Assembly (NCBI GenBank): GCA_033442325.1
Contig: JAWQFM010000024.1
Coordinates: 695,716 to 759,715 of the forward strand
DNA from: Salpingoeca rosetta
Taxonomy: Eukaryota > Protista > Choanoflagellata
Length of the DNA: 64,000 nt
Direction: 5' to 3'
Made by a program: the position numbers and the translations under genes
Notes under the pieces: model-generated
Told to the model about the DNA's origin: nothing
The model's database searches: none
The model's input: only the letters and a program-made list of their open reading frames with translations
Shown: piece after piece, positions 28,939-41,860 of the stretch
Layout of the letters: each line of letters starts with the position of its first letter
Numbering within the stretch: the first letter of the stretch is position 1

Positions 28939-30634
28939 ATGTCTGAAGCCAAGTACTTTACTACCGCCAAGAAAGGTGCGTGTTGTGGGTTTGTGTATAT
29001 GTTTTGTGTGTGTGTGTGTGTGTTGTGGACATGGATGTGGGTGTGAGCCTTTGCCCGTCTTGCTTGCTTGCGTGAACTGTCTTGCCTGCTTGTTTGCTTG
29101 CTTGCTGTTGCTTGTTTGTTAGCGCAGGTGCCTCACTCAAAGCATCACGCATCAATCAACGCTTTGCCTGAGCTAGGCGAGCTGCTTGAGTTGAAGCAGC
29201 AGCTCAACAGCGCCAAGAAGTCTGAGAAGCGTGATGCCGTCAAGAAGGTCATTGCCAGCATGACTGTTGGCAAAGACGTCAGGTCAGTCCCAACAGCAAT
29301 GATGTGTGTGTGTGTGTGTGTGTGTCCGTGTGTCCGTGTCTGTGTCTGTGTCTGTGCGTGTCTGTTTGCATGCAAGTTGCTACTGGCCCCATGGTCATGG
29401 ACTGCCTGTGCTTCTGTTTTGTTTGTTTTGTTGTTTTGCTCGTTTGTGAGCTTGTTTGTTTTGTTTGTCTTGCTGCACTGCAACTGCCAGGTTATTGTTG
29501 TTGGTGCTCACTCTCCCCATTTCATGCATTGTCCTTTGCTCTCGTCCACGATAGCTCGCTGTTCTCGGATGTGGTCAACTGCATGCAGACAGACAACCTT
29601 GAGCTGAAGAAGCTCGTGTACCTGTACCTCATGAGCTACGCCAAGACCCAGCCAGACCTCGCCCTCATGGCCGTCAACACCTTTGTCAAGGACTGCAGCG
29701 ACCCCAACCCGCTCATCCGTGCCCTCGCCGTGCGCACCATGGGCTGCATCCGCGTTGACCGCATCACAGAGGTTTGTCTTTCCACATCTGTGTGTGTGAG
29801 TGTGCGTCTGTTTTTATCTGTCCATGTTTGCGTTGCATCTGTGTGTGTGTGTGTCTGTCTGTCTGTGTCTGTGTGTGTGTGTCTGTGTGTCTCTGTCTAT
29901 CTGCCTGTCTGTCTGTCTGTCTGTCGGACAACTGTCACTCCCTTTCTTAGCGCTCCTTCTGTGTCTCCGTGTCAGTGTGTATGTGGCAATTGCTGCTGCG
30001 CGCTCTGCCTCAACTTACCATCCCCTTCCCCTTCCCCCTCTCCTCCCCCAAAACCATATCTTTCCGCCACCGCCACCGCCACCGCCAGTACCTCTGCGAC
30101 CCGCTCCGCAAGACCCTCAAGGATGACGACCCGTATGTGCGCAAGACCGCCGCCGTCTGCGTCGCAAAGCTCTACGACATCGACCCAGAACTCGTCATGG
30201 AGCAGGTGGGCACGGTTGTGCTTGCGTGTGTGTCTGTGTCTGTGTGTATGTGTGTCTGTGTGTCTGTGTGTGTTTGTCTTGTGCGTTGTGTCTCTGCGTG
30301 TCTTGTATGTGTCTGCCTGTCTGCCTGTCTGTCGATCTCGTCTCTCGGTGGGGGCTTCTGCTTCTGTCCTTTCCTCTTCTTGAATCCCAACACACTCCAA
30401 CCCCCCCCCCTCGTCTCAACCCCGCTCACTCTCGCCTTTACATCTTTGTTTGTTCCGCGCGCTTGCACGCTTTGGTGTCCACGCGACACGAGTGCAGGGC
30501 TTCATTGACGCGCTGACAGACCTGCTGTCAGACCCAAATGGCAATGGTCGTCGCAAACGCCGTCGCCGCCCTCTCGGAGATCGACGAATACTCCCGCAGT
30601 GCGTTCCCTCCCTGCACACTGGTCTTGATGTTTG

Positions 30635-30690
<56 letters not shown>

Positions 30691-33600
30691 GTGTCTGTGT
30701 GTGTGTGTGTGTCTGTGTGTGTGTGTGTGCACTGCCACATTCGTGACCGCTTTCGCATGTTTGCTCTTCCACTCAACCAAACTTCCACCCCTCCCCACCC
30801 CCACCTCAACCTCCGTTTTCCCAGCTGGCCCCGTGTTTGACCTCAACCCCGGCACGGTGTCCAAGCTGCTGACTGCGCTCAACGAGTGCACGGAGTGGGG
30901 CCAAGTCTTCATCCTGGACTCGCTCGCCCTGTACGACCCGGAGGACGACAGGGAGCGGCAGAGCATGTGCGAGCGCATCACCCCACGCCTGCAGCACGTC
31001 AACGCCGCTGTTGTGCTCAGCGCCATCAAGGTGCTCATGAAGAACATTGAGTACCTGCGCGACACGGACGTGAAGGCGAGCCTGTACAAGAAGCTTGCGC
31101 CGCCGCTGGTGACGCTGCTCAGCTCTGAGGCGGAGGTGCAATACGTTGCGCTCAGGAACATCAACCTCATTGTGCAGAAGAAGCCAGACATCCTCGCCGG
31201 TCACATGAAGGTGCCGTTGGTGCTGAGGGGTGTATCTGTGTCTGTCTGTGACTGTGTGTGTGTGTGTGTGTCTATCTGTCTGTGACTGTCTGTGACTGTC
31301 TGTGACTGACTGACTGTCTGTGACTGACTGTCTGTGTGTGTGTCCTCTGCCCTTCAACCCCACACGCGTGCCAATTCTTCATGCACCTCACGGTTCTTCG
31401 CCCCGCTACCACAGGTGTTCTTTGTGAAGTACAACGACCCCGTGTACGTGAAGATGGAGAAGCTCGACATCATGATCCGCCTCGCCACTCCAGACAGCAT
31501 CCAGCAGGTGCCGTGTTGATGATGATCATGATGATCATGGTGATCATGTGATGGTCATGTGATGATCATGATGATCATGATGGTGATTGTGATTGTGTCA
31601 GCTATCGTCACCAACAGTTGATTTGAAGGGATGAGCACTCGCGCCGCTCGCTCGTTTGCTCATCTTAACACTCCACTTCCCTGACCCCCACCCGCTACCT
31701 TGCAGGTGCTGGCTGAGCTGAAGGAGTACGCGACTGAGGTTGACGTGGACTTTGTGCGCAAGTCTGTGCGGGCAATTGGCCGCTGCGCCATCAAGGTGGA
31801 GGGCTCTGCACAGCGCTGTGTCGACACGCTGCTTGAGCTCATCAAGACCAAGGTCAACTACGTCGTGCAGGAGGCAATTGTTGTCATCAAGGACATTTTC
31901 CGCAAGTACCCCAACAAGTACGAGAGCATCATCGCCACCCTCTGCGAAAACCTTGACACCCTCGACGAACCAGAGGCAAAGGTGCGTGTGTCTCTGCGTC
32001 TCTGCGTGTCTGTGTGTGTGTGCGTACCTGAGTCTCTGTGTGTGAGTGTTTATGTGTGCGTGTGCATACCTGTGCTGTGCACTTCACCGTTATTCCGTCA
32101 CTTCCCTTTCCGACGCTCGCTCGTTGCCTCACCACCACCCTTGCCCGTCTTGCCCTCAACCTCACGGCCACCAGGCTGCGATGATCTGGATTGTGGGCGA
32201 GTACGCCGAGCGCATCGACAACGCCGACGAGCTGCTCGAGTCCTTCCTCGACAACTTCAGCGAGGAAAATCCGTTGGTGCAGCTGCAACTTCTCACCGCC
32301 ATTGTCAAGCTGTTCCTCAAGCGGCCGACGGGCACGCAGGAGCTGGTGCAGCGCGTGCTTGGTCTCGCCACGCAGGAGTCTGACAACCCGGACCTGCGCG
32401 ACCGCGGGTACATCTACTGGCGCCTCCTCCTCACAGACCCGGCGGCAGCAAAGGTGACATGCAGGCACACTGGGTGGTGTTCATGTGCGATGCTTGTTGT
32501 TCTTGTTCTTGTTCTTGTTCTTGTTCTTGTTCTTGTTCTTGTTCTTGCTCTTGCTCGTGTTCCTGATGCTGCTCTTGTTGCTGATGCTGTTCTTGTTCTT
32601 GATCTTGTTCTTGTTCTTGATCTTGTTCTTGCGGTTGCTCCCTTGCCACATTTGCCTTACCTCACCAACCACCCGTCAAACCCCCTCTCCATCGTCGACC
32701 CCACGCCCCCGTCCTCTTCAGTCTGTTGTGCTGTGCGAGCGGCCCCTCATCTCGGAGGAGACGGATCTGCTCGAGCCCTCGCTCCTGGACGAGCTCATCT
32801 GCCACATCTCCTCCCTCGCATCCGTCTTCCACAAACCGCCAAAGTACCCGCACGCGCTGATCACCTGCTTCCACTGCCTGTGTCTGTGTCTGTGTCCGTG
32901 TCTGTGTGTCTGTGTCTGTGTGTGCGTGTGTTTCGTGCGTATCCCGTGTGCGTTTCATGTGCATCTCGTGTTTGACCATGAACTTTTGCCTCCTTTCACG
33001 CTCCTTGACACGCCCCTCCTCGCTACCACCATCACCATCGTCACTGCCAGCACGTTCATTGAGGGCCGGGTCCCTGGTCGCCGCGTTGCGCCTGCCGTCC
33101 TGTTTGAGGAAGAGGAGGAGCAGCAGCAGCCGCAGCAGCAGCCAGTTGATCTTCTCGGAGGCGCTCTTGACGACGTCAAGGTAGCGCCACTCGCGACAAA
33201 ACACGTCATCAATGGCCACTACACACCCAGCATGCTCGATGGCTCGTTGTGTGTTTTGTGAATGATCCCTGTTTTGGTCGCCCACATCACGTCACATCAC
33301 ATCACGCCACGTCAGCTTTACATCACATCTCATCCTTTGCCACCACGCACTTTTGCCACCGTCACCACCACCACCACCCGCCCAACCCCAACAGGTGTCG
33401 ACGACTGGCTTTGTGCTTCCGAAGACGCTGTGGCTGGACGCGTCTGCGGGCAAGGGGCTCGAGATCAACGGCACGCTCGCCCGCCGTGAGGGGCACATGT
33501 ACATGGACATGACGTTCACCAACACCACGGCGCAGGCCATGGGCGACTTTGCCATCCAGTTCAACAAGAACAGCTTTGGGCTTGCCCCTGCTGCTGCGCT

Positions 33601-34086
33601 CAGCGTGCCCACACTCGCGCCCTCGGCCTCCCACGACACTTCCCTCCCGCTCAACAACCGTGCGTGCACCTCACCACTGTCTTTGTGTGTGTGTCTGTGT
33701 GCGAGTGTGTGTGCGAGTGTGTGTGTCTGTGTGTGTCTGTGTGTGTCTGTGTCTGTGTCTGTGAGGGAGGAACTCGGGATGAAAACACCCGTGTCGTGTG
33801 ACGTGTAACATGTGTCTGATATCAACAGCGCATGCATGTCCTCACGGAAGTTGACTCCATCATCACACCCACCATCACCATCAGTGGGTGCTGTGCAGAA
33901 GATGGACCCGCTGCCCAAGCTGCAGATTGCAGTGAAGACCTCTGTCGACGTTGTCTACTTCTCGGTCATGGTCCCGTTCCACGTCCTCTTTACAGAGGAT
34001 GGCAAGCTCGGTCAGTTGTTGCTCTGTGTGTGTGTGTGGGGGGGGTGTTGGGGGTGTTGGGGGCGTGTGGGCGTGTGGGCATATGC

Positions 34087-34152
<66 letters not shown>

Positions 34153-35066
34153 CCAACAACCACCTGCGCGCCTCTCTCCATCTCCTCACAAGTGGTTGAA
34201 AAATTATGCAGAGCGTGGCGACTACCTGCGCCTATGGAAGGACATTGAGGATTCACAGGAGAGCATCAGCACAGTCCAGTACGTACATGTGTACATGTCT
34301 GCCGGTCCCAATGAATTTCCTTCACTGCTCTTTGCTCAACGTTGCATGCTTCCTCCCACCACGCTGCATCGGCGCATCCTCCCACCACATACTCACCACC
34401 ACCACTGTGACCCCTCTGCTTGGCTGCTACGTGGCGTGGCGTCCACAGCGGTGTGACACAGGCGACAGATGTTGTCCTCAAGCGCCTGGAGGCCTCAAAC
34501 GTCTTCTCCGTCGCCCGACGAAACGTCAACGACCAGGTGTGTGTGTGTGTGTGTATCTGTCTCTGTCTGTGGGATGCGATTGCTGCTCTTGTTCTTGTTG
34601 CTTGTCCTTCCTTTCCCTTCTGTATTCTGTGCGCGCCAATCAACAAGCCCCGCTCAATCATGCATGTGCTTGCCCCCTCCCGCCCTATGCGTTGCCCGCG
34701 TGCGTTCGCAGGAGCTGTGCTACATGTCGCTCAAGTTTGTCAACAACGTCGTTGCGCTCGTTGAGCTCACCTTCACACCAGGATCATCCAGTGTCAAGGT
34801 AATGACTGGGATACATACAACTCACGTTGCCACAGATGCGCACCATGCGAACTGCTGTTAGATACGCTGCGTTGCCTTGCCAGCAGACTTGCGTACTCAC
34901 GTTTACATCACACACACAACACACAACACACAACACACAACACACACACACCTGCCCACGTGCGATGCAGGTTGCGATCCGGTCGAAGATTACGGATGTG
35001 ATTCGCGGACTGCAGGACACGTTGGAGACGCTGCTCACGGGCGGTCCCAGCGCATCAGAGTGCTGA
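28939..35066 (+). CDS. AP2B1: AP-1/AP-2 adaptor complex beta subunit (beta-adaptin); apparent 1-bp frameshift at 30540-30541
   Basis: [14 protein letters not shown]..., [86 protein letters not shown], and the ear domain GKGLEING...[12 protein letters not shown]. Confidence 0.96.
32499..32630. repeat. (TTCTTG)n hexanucleotide repeat, intronic
   Basis: Seen directly. Confidence 0.9.
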
Positions 35067-35557
35067 TGTGCTCGCAGTTGTTGACAGTTGCGTGGATGTG
35101 CGTGTGTGTGTGTGTGTGTGTGTGTTGTCGTCGTCTTTTTGCCTGCATTGTGCGGGCCGTGTTGTGTTGTTGAAGGCATCTTAGTGCTTTGATGGAGTGT
35201 ACAACCTCATGTGCACGTGCATGTGCACCAAGCATGGTTCTCGCTCTGTCTCTCGTGCGTTGCTGTTTTTTCGTTTGTGTGGGTGGCGTCATTGTGCCCC
35301 CTCCCCTTTCCTCTCGTCTTGTGTTGTTCATCAAGAAATGAAAGTGAAATCTAGTGTCACAACAGTGGCGAAGCGCGTACGCTCGCGCCAGTGCAACGTT
35401 ATCGTGTAACAATATCAGCAACCTGATCGGCTGCAACACACAAGACACAAAGGACACTCAACATGCATACACACGCACATATACAATAGACACACGCTAA
35501 ACACAAACACACATACATGCATGCAAGTAAACATACACACGCCACATGCACGCGTGC

Positions 35558-36809
35558 TTATGGCCAGCCAAGCAGCCTGCCGTGTGTTGGGTCGTTCCAT
35601 GTCTGCAGCGGGTGCGATTTCCTTCTCGCCTCCAGCACGGGCGGCAACTCATGACACACCTCAGAGGTGCTGCTGCGACTTTGGGCGGCGGCACACGCGC
35701 GCTTCAAGTTGTACAGCACCATGGTATCAACATACGCAAACGCTGTCGTTCCATTCGCACCACTCACGCCATTCGCACCATGCAGCGGTGCACGATCAAG
35801 CAGGGTGGTCCCTGTGCGAATCGTGCCATCGGTGTCCACGGCGTCAATGTAGATGGCGTTGGGCAGCGCGAGGTTGTGCGTGATGACAGCGTCCAGGATG
35901 CGCTGGTTGTAGTAGTTGGTGAGCAAGGAGATGTCCATAAGGGTTGGCGGGCACCATGCCGTGAGCCCCGGGATGGCAAACACAGCGGCGCACTTGGCCG
36001 TTGCGTTGTCGCGGTGGGCGATCTTGGGCAAGAAGTGCAGCAGTGCAGCCATCTCCAGCTGCTGCAAGGGGGCGCCAGCAGCCATGGACTGCAGGTACAG
36101 CCGGTTCTGCTGCTTGTCGTTGCGCTTGATGTTGTCTGCGTCGGCGAACCGGGCCATGAGCGTGTGGAAGGTGGCGTTCTCGCTCTGCACGGAGTCGCCG
36201 AGCTGGTTGTCGATGAGGCATGCGTCAATGGCTCGCGTGCTGTTGTTGGTGAAGCGTGCATAGTCCGACGCATACACGACGACGCGTTGGTGACGCGCAC
36301 GCATGTCATTGATGGTCGTCTCGTTCAGCAGCCCGTGCGCTTCGTCGAAGAGAAGGTCGCCAAACAGGGCCTCCACCTGACTCCAAAACGCGACTTTGAT
36401 GGGGTCGGGCACGTTTGGATATTGGTCGTTGCCTTTGGCACACGTGTTACCGTGCCGCGACAGCCATAGCACGAGCATTTCGCCCGGGTGGGCGTCCAGC
36501 CACGTCTTGGCCTCTCGCAGGTATGTCATCGCCTTGTTGTTGGTTTCCAGCATGTGCAAGCAGTACCTGTGACGATGAATCGTTGTGTGAGATGAACGTG
36601 GAGGTGTAAGCAGGCAAATTGATTGGGTGTCTGTGTGTTTGTGTGAGCGGGGGGAGGGGTGTGCAAACAGGCGAGAGATATGCCGAGGGCCAAGCCAACG
36701 CTTGCGCACGATGAATAGAGCGCGTGAACACAACCATGTGCAGAAACACACACAGTAGGCGACTGTAAATCCACGTGTACATGTTCTCCAACTACACATG
36801 TGCACGCAT

Positions 36810-36872
<63 letters not shown>

Positions 36873-37335
36873 AGTCGTGGGTGGCTGACGCGGTGTTGTT
36901 TGGACCGCTGGTGTACATGATACGAAAGTCGATGAATCGAATGCCGTTGTCCAGCTGCTGCGTCATGCTGAGGCCCTGCGTCCTGCTCTGATTCTTGATG
37001 AAGTGACCGGGAGCAAAGTCGTGAAACTCGTGCAGCACCCACGCAATGGGCGGTGGCAGGTCGTTCGAGCCATCGGACACGGTTGTGGACAAGTCCCAGG
37101 TCATGGAGTCGTGCGTGCCTGGCAGCGAGAGATCCAACAGGCTCATGGTGCCAATAACCGGCATCAACGCCGTCATCCAGCTGTCCAGGGAATAGTTTGA
37201 GGCAGCAGTGGCACCAGCAGTGGCACCAGCAGTGGCACCAGCAGTGGCACCAGTGAACGCGTCAGTGGCACCAGCAGTGGCATGGCTGCCAGCCACCCAA
37301 CCAACACACAACAGCAACACACTCACGACGATCAT
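35558..37335 (-). CDS. Secreted PI-PLC X-domain protein (PLCXD/bacterial PI-PLC-like), 2 exons
   Basis: Signal peptide, (ATAG)n spacer, then WM...LSLPGTHDS...TQGLSMTQQLDNGIRFIDFR...WYCLH...WLDAHPGEMLVL. One intron at ~36568-36870. Confidence 0.88.
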
Positions 37336-37454
37336 CTTGGCCGTGGTGGTTGTAGAGAATTCGGTGTATCTTCAGATAATAATCTACAATCCAAACAAAC
37401 AGCGGCAGAGAGGAAGGACAACAACACTACACACAGAGACACACGACCACAGCT

Positions 37455-37524
37455 TTCCTTCTTCTTCTTCTTCTTCTTCTTCTTCTTCTTCTTCTTCTTC
37501 TTCTTCTTCTTTTTCTTCTTCTTC
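37455..37524. repeat. (TTC)n run in the PLCXD/uxuA divergent intergenic region
   Basis: Seen directly. Confidence 0.92.
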
Positions 37525-37545
37525 CCTCTTCTCGTGTCAGTTGCG

Positions 37546-39282
37546 ATGACGTCTCGTGGAGGGACGATAGATGGGTTCTTTTACAAGAACGCCAATAATG
37601 GCGCTACTGGTGGGGATGGAAGTGTGGACCCTGCGCCGCGATTGGGCGGCACGCGAGTGAACGACCTGCATCATGACGGGCCAAAGCTATGTGCGTACGT
37701 GAGCCCCGATCCGAGCGAGGAGGACCTGCAGTGGCTGACACAAATGGGCGTCACCCACTGCTTCACGTGGATTCGGTACTTGGAAGGCTGGAACACTCGG
37801 AGCATCGCATCCCTTCGCCGCATCATTGAAGCCCATGGTCTCATCCTCAATAACATCGGCTGCCTTGAGCTGGGTAAGAAGGGGCTTGGTTGCTGCGTGA
37901 GTATGCTCTGAAGGGTTGTCCGTGTGGGCCTGTATATGTGTGTCTGTCTGGTCTTCTCTGTCTGTCTATCTATCTGTCTGTTGTCTGTGTGTCTGTCTGT
38001 CTTTTCTGTGTGTCAGTCAGTCTATCTGTCTATCTGTCTGTGTGTCTGTCTGTGTGCGTGAGAAGTTGCGCATCACAGTCACACTGTGGGATTGGACACC
38101 AGCATGTGTGTTTTGCATAAGATGCGAACAGAGGAGCATGCATGCTTGCTTGCATGCATGTTTGCGGGCCGTCTGCGCTCGCTCATGTTTTTTGGTTGCA
38201 CCTTGCTCGGTCACCGCCACGCAATCCAATGCCACTCCATACGCCACACGTAAATAGGCAAGAACCCGGCCATCATTTTGGGCACGAGGGACCGAGACGC
38301 GGAGATTGAGCGGTTTGCCACGTTTATTGGAATGCTGAGCAAGGCGGGTGTGCATGTGACGACATTCACGTGGGAGCCGGAGGGCGTTGTGTACTCCACC
38401 GGCACCGCTGTCGTGCGTGGCGGTGCGCTCGGCCGATATGTGGACGCACACACGCTGTCCCGGCTCCCCACAAGCAGCCCGGCAGGCGAGACCATCACAG
38501 AGGCGCGCCTGTGGGCGAACATGGCATACTTCTTGGAGCGGATGGTCCCCGTGTGTGAGCGACACCGCGTGCGGCTGCTGCTGCATCCCAACGATCCGCC
38601 CATGCAGCAGGTGTGCGGCATGCCGTGCCTGATGCGAACGCGCGAGGCCTTTGAGCGCGTGTTTGCAGCAGCGGGCAACTCGCCATGGGTTGGCATGGAG
38701 TTCTGCTGCGGCACGTGGATGGAAGGCTTGCGAAAGGGAAGCAGTCGTGATGATGACGATGCTGGCTGTGGTGACAGGGTTCGTGGTGGTGATGGTGAAA
38801 CGCGGGGTGATGGGAGTGACAGCAAGAGCGTGAGCCGCTGTGGTGGTGGTGATGCTAGCAGACATGGTGATCCCGTTGGTGTTGATGATGGTGCGCAGGG
38901 CTGGGCAAGCCATGGTCGCAGTGGCGATCGTGATGATGGCGGTGGTGGCTGTGACGCTGCGGTGCGGGTGCTGGGTGGGTTTGGACACGGCCCTGACGCG
39001 CTATTTGAGGCACTCGATCACTTTATTCGCCTTGGAAAAGTTGGCATTGTGCATCTCCGCAACACGACTGCGCCGCTGCCACGATTTGCAGAGACGTTTG
39101 TCGACGACGGATTTCTGGACGTGTGCCGCGTGGCGCGTGTGCTTGTCAACGCCAAGTTCCATGGCACCGTCATTCTGGACCACACGCCCCCGTTTGCGGG
39201 CCAAGCTGGGGATCGGTGTGCCACCAGCTTCAGCATCGGCTACATTAAGGCCTGTCTCCGAGCAGCACAAGCGGCACTTTGA
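37546..39282 (+). CDS. uxuA: Mannonate dehydratase (UxuA family), 2 exons
   Basis: QMGVTH, IEAHGL, IILGTRDRDAEIE, LWANMAYFLERMVPVCE..VRLLLHPNDPP, GMEFCCGT, IVHLRN, FAETFVDDG, DHTP, SFSIGYIKA. GT-AG intron 37874-38257 joins in phase 1. Confidence 0.93.
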
Positions 39283-39353
39283 ATGTGTGCATGTGTGTGT
39301 ATGTTCGTGTATGTATGTTTGTGTATGTATGTTTGTGTGTGTCTGTGTGCGCC

Positions 39354-39384
<31 letters not shown>

Positions 39385-40343
39385 GCGTGCGTGCCTGTGT
39401 GTGTGTGTGTGTGTGTGTGTCTGTGTGTGTCTGTGTGTGTGTGTGTGTCTGTGTCTATCTGTCTGCCTGTTTGTCTATCTGTCTGCCTGTCTGTCTGTCT
39501 GTCTGCCTGTCTGTCTCTGTTTGGCAGCCAGCCTGTCTGCCTTTGCCCATGTGCGACGGCGTGGCGGCTGCTGACTGCATAAATGTATGATTCAGTTGTT
39601 CCCCCCCCCCCTTTTGCTTGCGCACGGCTGTGCTCGCGAACACGTTGCCGCATTCCCCTCTCCCCCAACTTGTGCACGGCGTTGCCGTCGCCTCGTTTCC
39701 TGTTGACGCTAGGTGGACAATGCAATTTGATGTTTGTGTTGTTCATTGCACACAAGTAACAAGGAAGCAAGCGAGGAGCAGGTAAACGAGAAAACAAGGC
39801 AAAGCGAAACCAACACAACGAATATGTACATGTGTCGTAATCAAATCATCGCATGCAATGGTATCACCATCATCCATCATCATCATCAACATCAACACCA
39901 ACTTGAAGCAACGGACCTACACGAAGCAAGCGCAAGAAGACATGTACACGCAGAGTACAACGTGGAAAGGGAGTGCGTGAAGTGCAACAAGGCAGCCGAA
40001 GAAATACAGTTGGGGGTGGGGATGAGTCAAGTCTACAGTGCTCAAGTTGCATGCGCATGTGCACATACACAACTCATTGTAAGTGCACGGCCACACATGC
40101 ACACACACACACACACACTGTAACACCAGCGGCCATTTCAGGCACAGCTGCCTCCCCCCGCTGCCCAAGCAGAGCAGCTCAAGAATAAGAAGGGAAAGGA
40201 AGAAACAGAGAAAAGAAGGGGGGAAGAGAAAGGACAGACATATGGCGCCCTGTTATTCATCTTGATGCGACGAGGACTTATGTTCACGGGATATTAAGTC
40301 AGCAGCAACCTAGCACCTCCGTACACCTGCCGTTTGCTCGCTG

Positions 40344-41231
40344 TCACGCGTTGGAGATCTCAATGGTGACCACCTTGAGGTTGGTTGTGATCTCCACCAT
40401 CCTGTATGTCAGCCAGAAAGCCACGGCAGAAAAAGGAAGAGGCTGAGCACACAAGGAAGAGCATGGCAGTGCACCACCAAAGTAGCCACAGCCACGCCCG
40501 CCACGCCCCCCTCGCGCACACGCACAGACACGCATGTATACCTGTGCTCACACAACCACACACACACACACGCATGTATACCTGCACTCACACACACACA
40601 CACACACACTCACTCACGCACGCACACATGCATGCACACATGCACGCACGCACACGCTCACGCACTCACACCTGCGCACACGCATAACCGCGCGCTCTCT
40701 CGCACGCACTCACTCACACAGCAAAGCCACACGCACCTTCCGTGGAACTTGCTCACGGGCCTTTGCAAGTCGCCAGGTAGGTACAGTTTACCGACAATCT
40801 GAAGGTGTGTCGTTGTGCACATGTGAGGGCGGCGTGTGAACGAATGAAAAAGGCAGGCAACAAAGCAACTCAGGTCCAATGTATGTCTGTACCACGCTCG
40901 TCACACGCATGGCATGCAGCCACACCTTAAATCCCGTGATGTGGCCATCCTCTTCATCGTTCAGAATCCTCGACAGTGTGTCCAAGAGCTGTAATATGCG
41001 TTGTGGAGGAAGGGGAATACGAGTGGGCGGTGCACAGAAGCAGTGCGGGAAGTGAATGAGTGATGTGACCGCGACACACTGTTTGAGTGCGTGCATGTGT
41101 GCGCGGAAGTGCGACACGCATTCGAAAGATACACACGCAACACACACACACACACCAACAAAAGGGCGTACAGTTTCGTCTGGGAAGCAGGCCAGGGTGT
41201 GGCCATTGTCCATCCGTGTTGCCTTTGTCAT
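40344..41231 (-). CDS. Small (~80 aa) 4-exon hypothetical protein, possible ubiquitin-like/RBD fold
   Basis: In-phase exons give MTKATRMDNGHTLACFPDET|LLDTLSRILNDEEDGHITGFK|IVGKLYLPGDLQRPVSKFHG|RMVEITTNLKVVTIEISNA*. The start codon is uncertain. Confidence 0.6.
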
Positions 41232-41542
41232 GGTCGTCGTCGTCGTCGCTGCTGTTGTCGCTGTTGTGCAGCAAGAGCAGTTGTCACAAATGAGCAGCAA
41301 AGCAAAGCAGCGGCAGCGGTCCGCCCACAATTGAGAAGCGACACCACAAAATGCAGTGGTGTTCAGTGGCGTTTCTGCTGCTGTGAGAGAGAGTGTGTGC
41401 AACCAACAATCTCCGTCATCATTCGTGAGCACTGCTTGCTGCACGGCTGCATTTCTCCTGCACTCCCTCTGTTGTCTGCTCGCTGCTGTTTCTCTGTCTG
41501 TCTGTCTGTTTCTCTGCTGTGCCTCGCTCCCTCTCAGCCAAG

Positions 41543-41795
41543 ATGATGCAGTGCCTGCGCACCACCACCCGCCGTGCCTTTGGCAGCGTTCGTGCTGCCA
41601 GCCGCCTCAAGCACACGCTGCCCGACCTCCAGTATGACTACGGAGAGCTTGAGCCCGTCATCTCCGCCGAGATTATGCAGCTCCACCACGCCAAGCACCA
41701 CCAGGTGTGTGCTTCTTGTTTTGTGTGCTTGGTGTGTGTGTTTCTTGTTTTGTGTGCTTGGTGTGTGTGTGTGTTTTGTGCGCGCGTTGGTTTTC

Positions 41796-41860
<65 letters not shown>

